DNA from: Vicugna vicugna
Lineage: Eukaryota
NCBI GenBank assembly: GCA_013265495.1
Contig: MU057809.1
Span: forward strand, 1,727,062 to 1,791,061
Direction of reading: 5' to 3'
DNA: 64,000 nt
Position 1 is the stretch's first letter. The number at the start of each line of letters is the position of its first letter. The translations under genes were made by a program, and so were the position numbers. Shown piece after piece: positions 61,570 through 64,000 of this stretch. The notes under the pieces were generated by a model. The model did not search any database. It saw nothing but the letters and a program-made list of their open reading frames with translations, and was not told where the DNA came from.

Positions 61570-61750
61570 TGGAAGGGCCAAGTCAGTAAACGCTGTAGAT
61601 TCTGTGGCCAGCCAGCCAGGTTTTCTCAGCAGGAAAGGCACCGTACACAGTATATAAGCGAACGGGCATGGCTGTGTTTCAATAAAACGTTATTTACAAA
61701 AACAGGCATCCGGCTGAGTTTTGCTTCCTGGCTATAGTTTGTCTGGTTCA
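61570..61750. mobile_element. MER58A-like MITE
   Basis: aagggccaagtcagtaaa...aacgggcatggctgtgtttcaataaaacgttatttacaaaaacaggc. Confidence 0.75.
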
Positions 61751-62291
61751 GAAAAGTCATATCTGCCGCAGACTGAGGATCAGAGGGAACCTGATACATC
61801 TTCGTTCCCCGTAGAACCTCCCTGGGACGTCTCTCCCCAGTAACTGGCCTGCTTCCGCTCAGGCGTGGGGAGCGCTGACGGCCCTATGAAGCTGCCCATC
61901 TTGTGTTTGGACATCACGGTGCAGAATTGTAGGACACACAAAACAGTGCCATACGTTATTTGTGATTGCGTGTATTTGTAGAAAAATATAAAATCAAGAA
62001 TTTAATGGATCTATACCAGATTTATGATGGTGGCTGCCTGCAGAGAGAGTAGGGAAGTAATGGAGCCAGTACGGGAGGTAAGGCTAACATCATGCTCCCT
62101 CGCAATGCTTATTTCTTTATTAACGTTTTGAAGAAAATGATAAAAATCACAGCCAAGAATGGATTGCTGCTTAATCTCTGCCATCAGCCAAGTGCACGGG
62201 AATTATAAAAATGTTCAGAGTCTCCTATTTAGTTGGTAAAAATATTCTTTTTTCAGGGTTGTTGTTTTCAGTAGTGCGTCACAATGTTTAA

Positions 62292-62975
62292 ATTACTTTT
62301 TAGAGTTGAAGTACACGCAGTTACACTGTCAATTTCCGGTGCGCAGCGTAATGTTTCCGCTACATACATACGTTCACTTCCACGTTCTCCTCCATCACAG
62401 GTTGCTACGAGGTGTTGAACGTAGTTCCCTGCGCCGTATGGAAGACATCTATTTTAACTGTGTTTACATATAGTCGTTGCTGTTTACAAATCTCGAGCTC
62501 TCGGTTGATCCCTTCCCACCTCCTTTCCCCTGGTAACCATGAGATTGTTTACTACGTCTGTGAGCTTGTTTCTGTTTTGTAGACGAGTTCATTAGTGCCT
62601 TCTTTTTTATTTTTTTAGATTCCACATGTGAGTGATATCATGGTTTGTTTTTTTCTCTTTCTGGCTTACTTCACTTAGAATGATGATCTCCAGGTCCATC
62701 GTGTTGCTGCAAAGGGCATTATTTTATCATTACTCCATTGTATAAATACACCACAGTTTCTTTATCCAGTCGTCTGCTGATGGACACTTAGGCTGTTTCC
62801 ATGTCTTGACTGCTGTCAATAGTGCCGCTGTGAACATTGGGGTGTGTGCATCTTTTTGAATTAGAGATCCCTCCAGATACATGCCTAGGAGTGGAATTGC
62901 TGGATGATACGAGGAGTCTAGTTTTAGTTTTTTGAGGAATCTCCATACTGTTTTCCATAGTGGCTGCCCCAAAGT
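62292..62975 (-). mobile_element. L1 3' end, cetartiodactyl/camelid type
   Basis: Minus-strand translation QPLWKTVWRFLKKLK...YHPAIPLLGMY...PMFTAALLT..KTWKQPKCPSADDWIKKLWCIYTME (ORF2 C-terminus) plus 3'UTR. Confidence 0.93.
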
Positions 62976-63209
62976 AATGCATCACAATTTTAAATAAAAT
63001 TTTACATGCTTAAACTAGTTGAGTACTGAAGTATGACAAGTCTTTCAACAGGGATATTCATGAAGCAAGGAAGCTAGAATATGAATCTATGACCGTTTCA
63101 AGCCTAAAATGCAGTGAATAATAGCCATTACTTTGTTCCAATTTTAAACCCTCAAACCAGTCTCACAACCTGAAAGAGGTAAATGGGACAGTTTGCAGTG
63201 AACACAAGG

Positions 63210-63960
63210 TTTATTCCTTCCTTCATTCGAGGGACGTTTATTCAGCAGCTCTCTGGGTGCCACTCCCCAGGCTCTGGGGCCAGTCTTGGTGACATCTCTG
63301 CCTTCAGGGAGCTCATCCTTTAGAGGGGGGATGCGTACTGACCAGAAAATCTCACAAGCAAGTGTGAAAGTGCGCATGCGACAAACAGAATAAAGGAGCT
63401 GCTCTGAGAGCCTCCCGTGGGAGTGTTTGGCCCACCTGGAGTGACGTGAGCTGGGGACAGTTACCTGTCCACAGAGACGTGGAGGGGGGATTTTGGCTGG
63501 AGGCCAGCGTGTGGGTCGAGGGAGTGTTGCACGAACGAAAATTCAAAAGGATTGAATGGGAGCAAAGGAGCAAGGGGAGGACCTGATGTGAGATGAAGCC
63601 GGAGAGGTGGGCTGGGCCGGTGCGCCATGACAGATAACGTGGGTTCCATCTTGGGGGTGCTGGGAAGCCATGGGAGAGCTATTGGCGGGCTCTGTGACAC
63701 GATAAGGTTTTGAAATCATCACTCTGCTGTGGGACAGCTGAACTGGAAGGAGTCATAGTGGGTGTAGCTAGAACAGTCAGAAGGCAGGTGAGATGGGGGC
63801 AGGTTGGACAAAGGTGGTGGTGGTGGTGATGGTGGTGGTGACGTGGCGTTGGTGGAGATGGAGAGAAATGGAAATTTGCACAATATTTAAAAGGTAAAAT
63901 GGACGAGATTGAGTCTTGGAAGTCACTTAGGGATGGGGAAAGCACAAGGATACATCAAAT
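63210..63960 (-). mobile_element. L2 fragment containing (GGT)n
   Basis: ttccttcattcg...tttattcagc...ctctgccttcagggagctca...gggaagccatggg...atcactctgctgtgg...ggagatggagagaaatgg. Confidence 0.75.
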
Positions 63961-64000
63961 TTATTTTGTAAGAAGTTTAGTGATTCTCTTAAGTTGCTCT

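Noticed and set aside
7722..62975. Recurring ~600-bp sequence at 7.7, 25.3, 42.4 and 62.3 kb as a novel repeat
   Set aside because: It is the 3' end of a lineage L1 and is contiguous with ORF2 C-terminal coding remnants.
63679..63945. Poly-histidine ORF
   Set aside because: Translation of a (GGT)n microsatellite within an L2 remnant.
1..64000. Prokaryotic-type systems (operons, CRISPR, defence islands) or an intact endogenous retrovirus
   Set aside because: The sequence is mammalian non-coding DNA; only solo LTRs are present and I found no gag/pol/env or intact L1 ORFs.

Overview
This is 64 kb of GC-rich mammalian DNA that is essentially non-coding (intronic/intergenic). The repeat content points to a camelid by inference: a tRNA-Ala-derived SINE head and cetartiodactyl-type L1 3' ends are present, and I saw no Alu, Bov-A/BovB, PRE-1, CHR or CAN SINEs. 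Roughly half of the window is old interspersed repeat (L1, L2, MIR, MLT1/MER74/LTR33 solo LTRs, Tigger/MER58/MER5 DNA elements); repeat names were recognised by eye from remembered consensus sequences and boundaries are approximate. A CpG island at ~44.65-45.56 kb, containing an assembly gap, looks like a promoter. It has a canonical 135-nt minus-strand intron, suggesting a leftward gene whose 5' introns would fill the left ~44 kb, and possible divergent plus-strand exons. A second CpG-rich patch lies at ~13.7-14.9 kb. I cannot name the host gene, and no ORF in the track is a credible protein except degraded L1 ORF1/ORF2 pieces. I found no convincing new biological system. The most notable signals are: focal AT->GC rewriting of old repeats (probable GC-biased gene conversion), a double-hairpin templated insertion inside an L1, two 5'-inverted L1s, and several candidate small exons and enhancer-like blocks.
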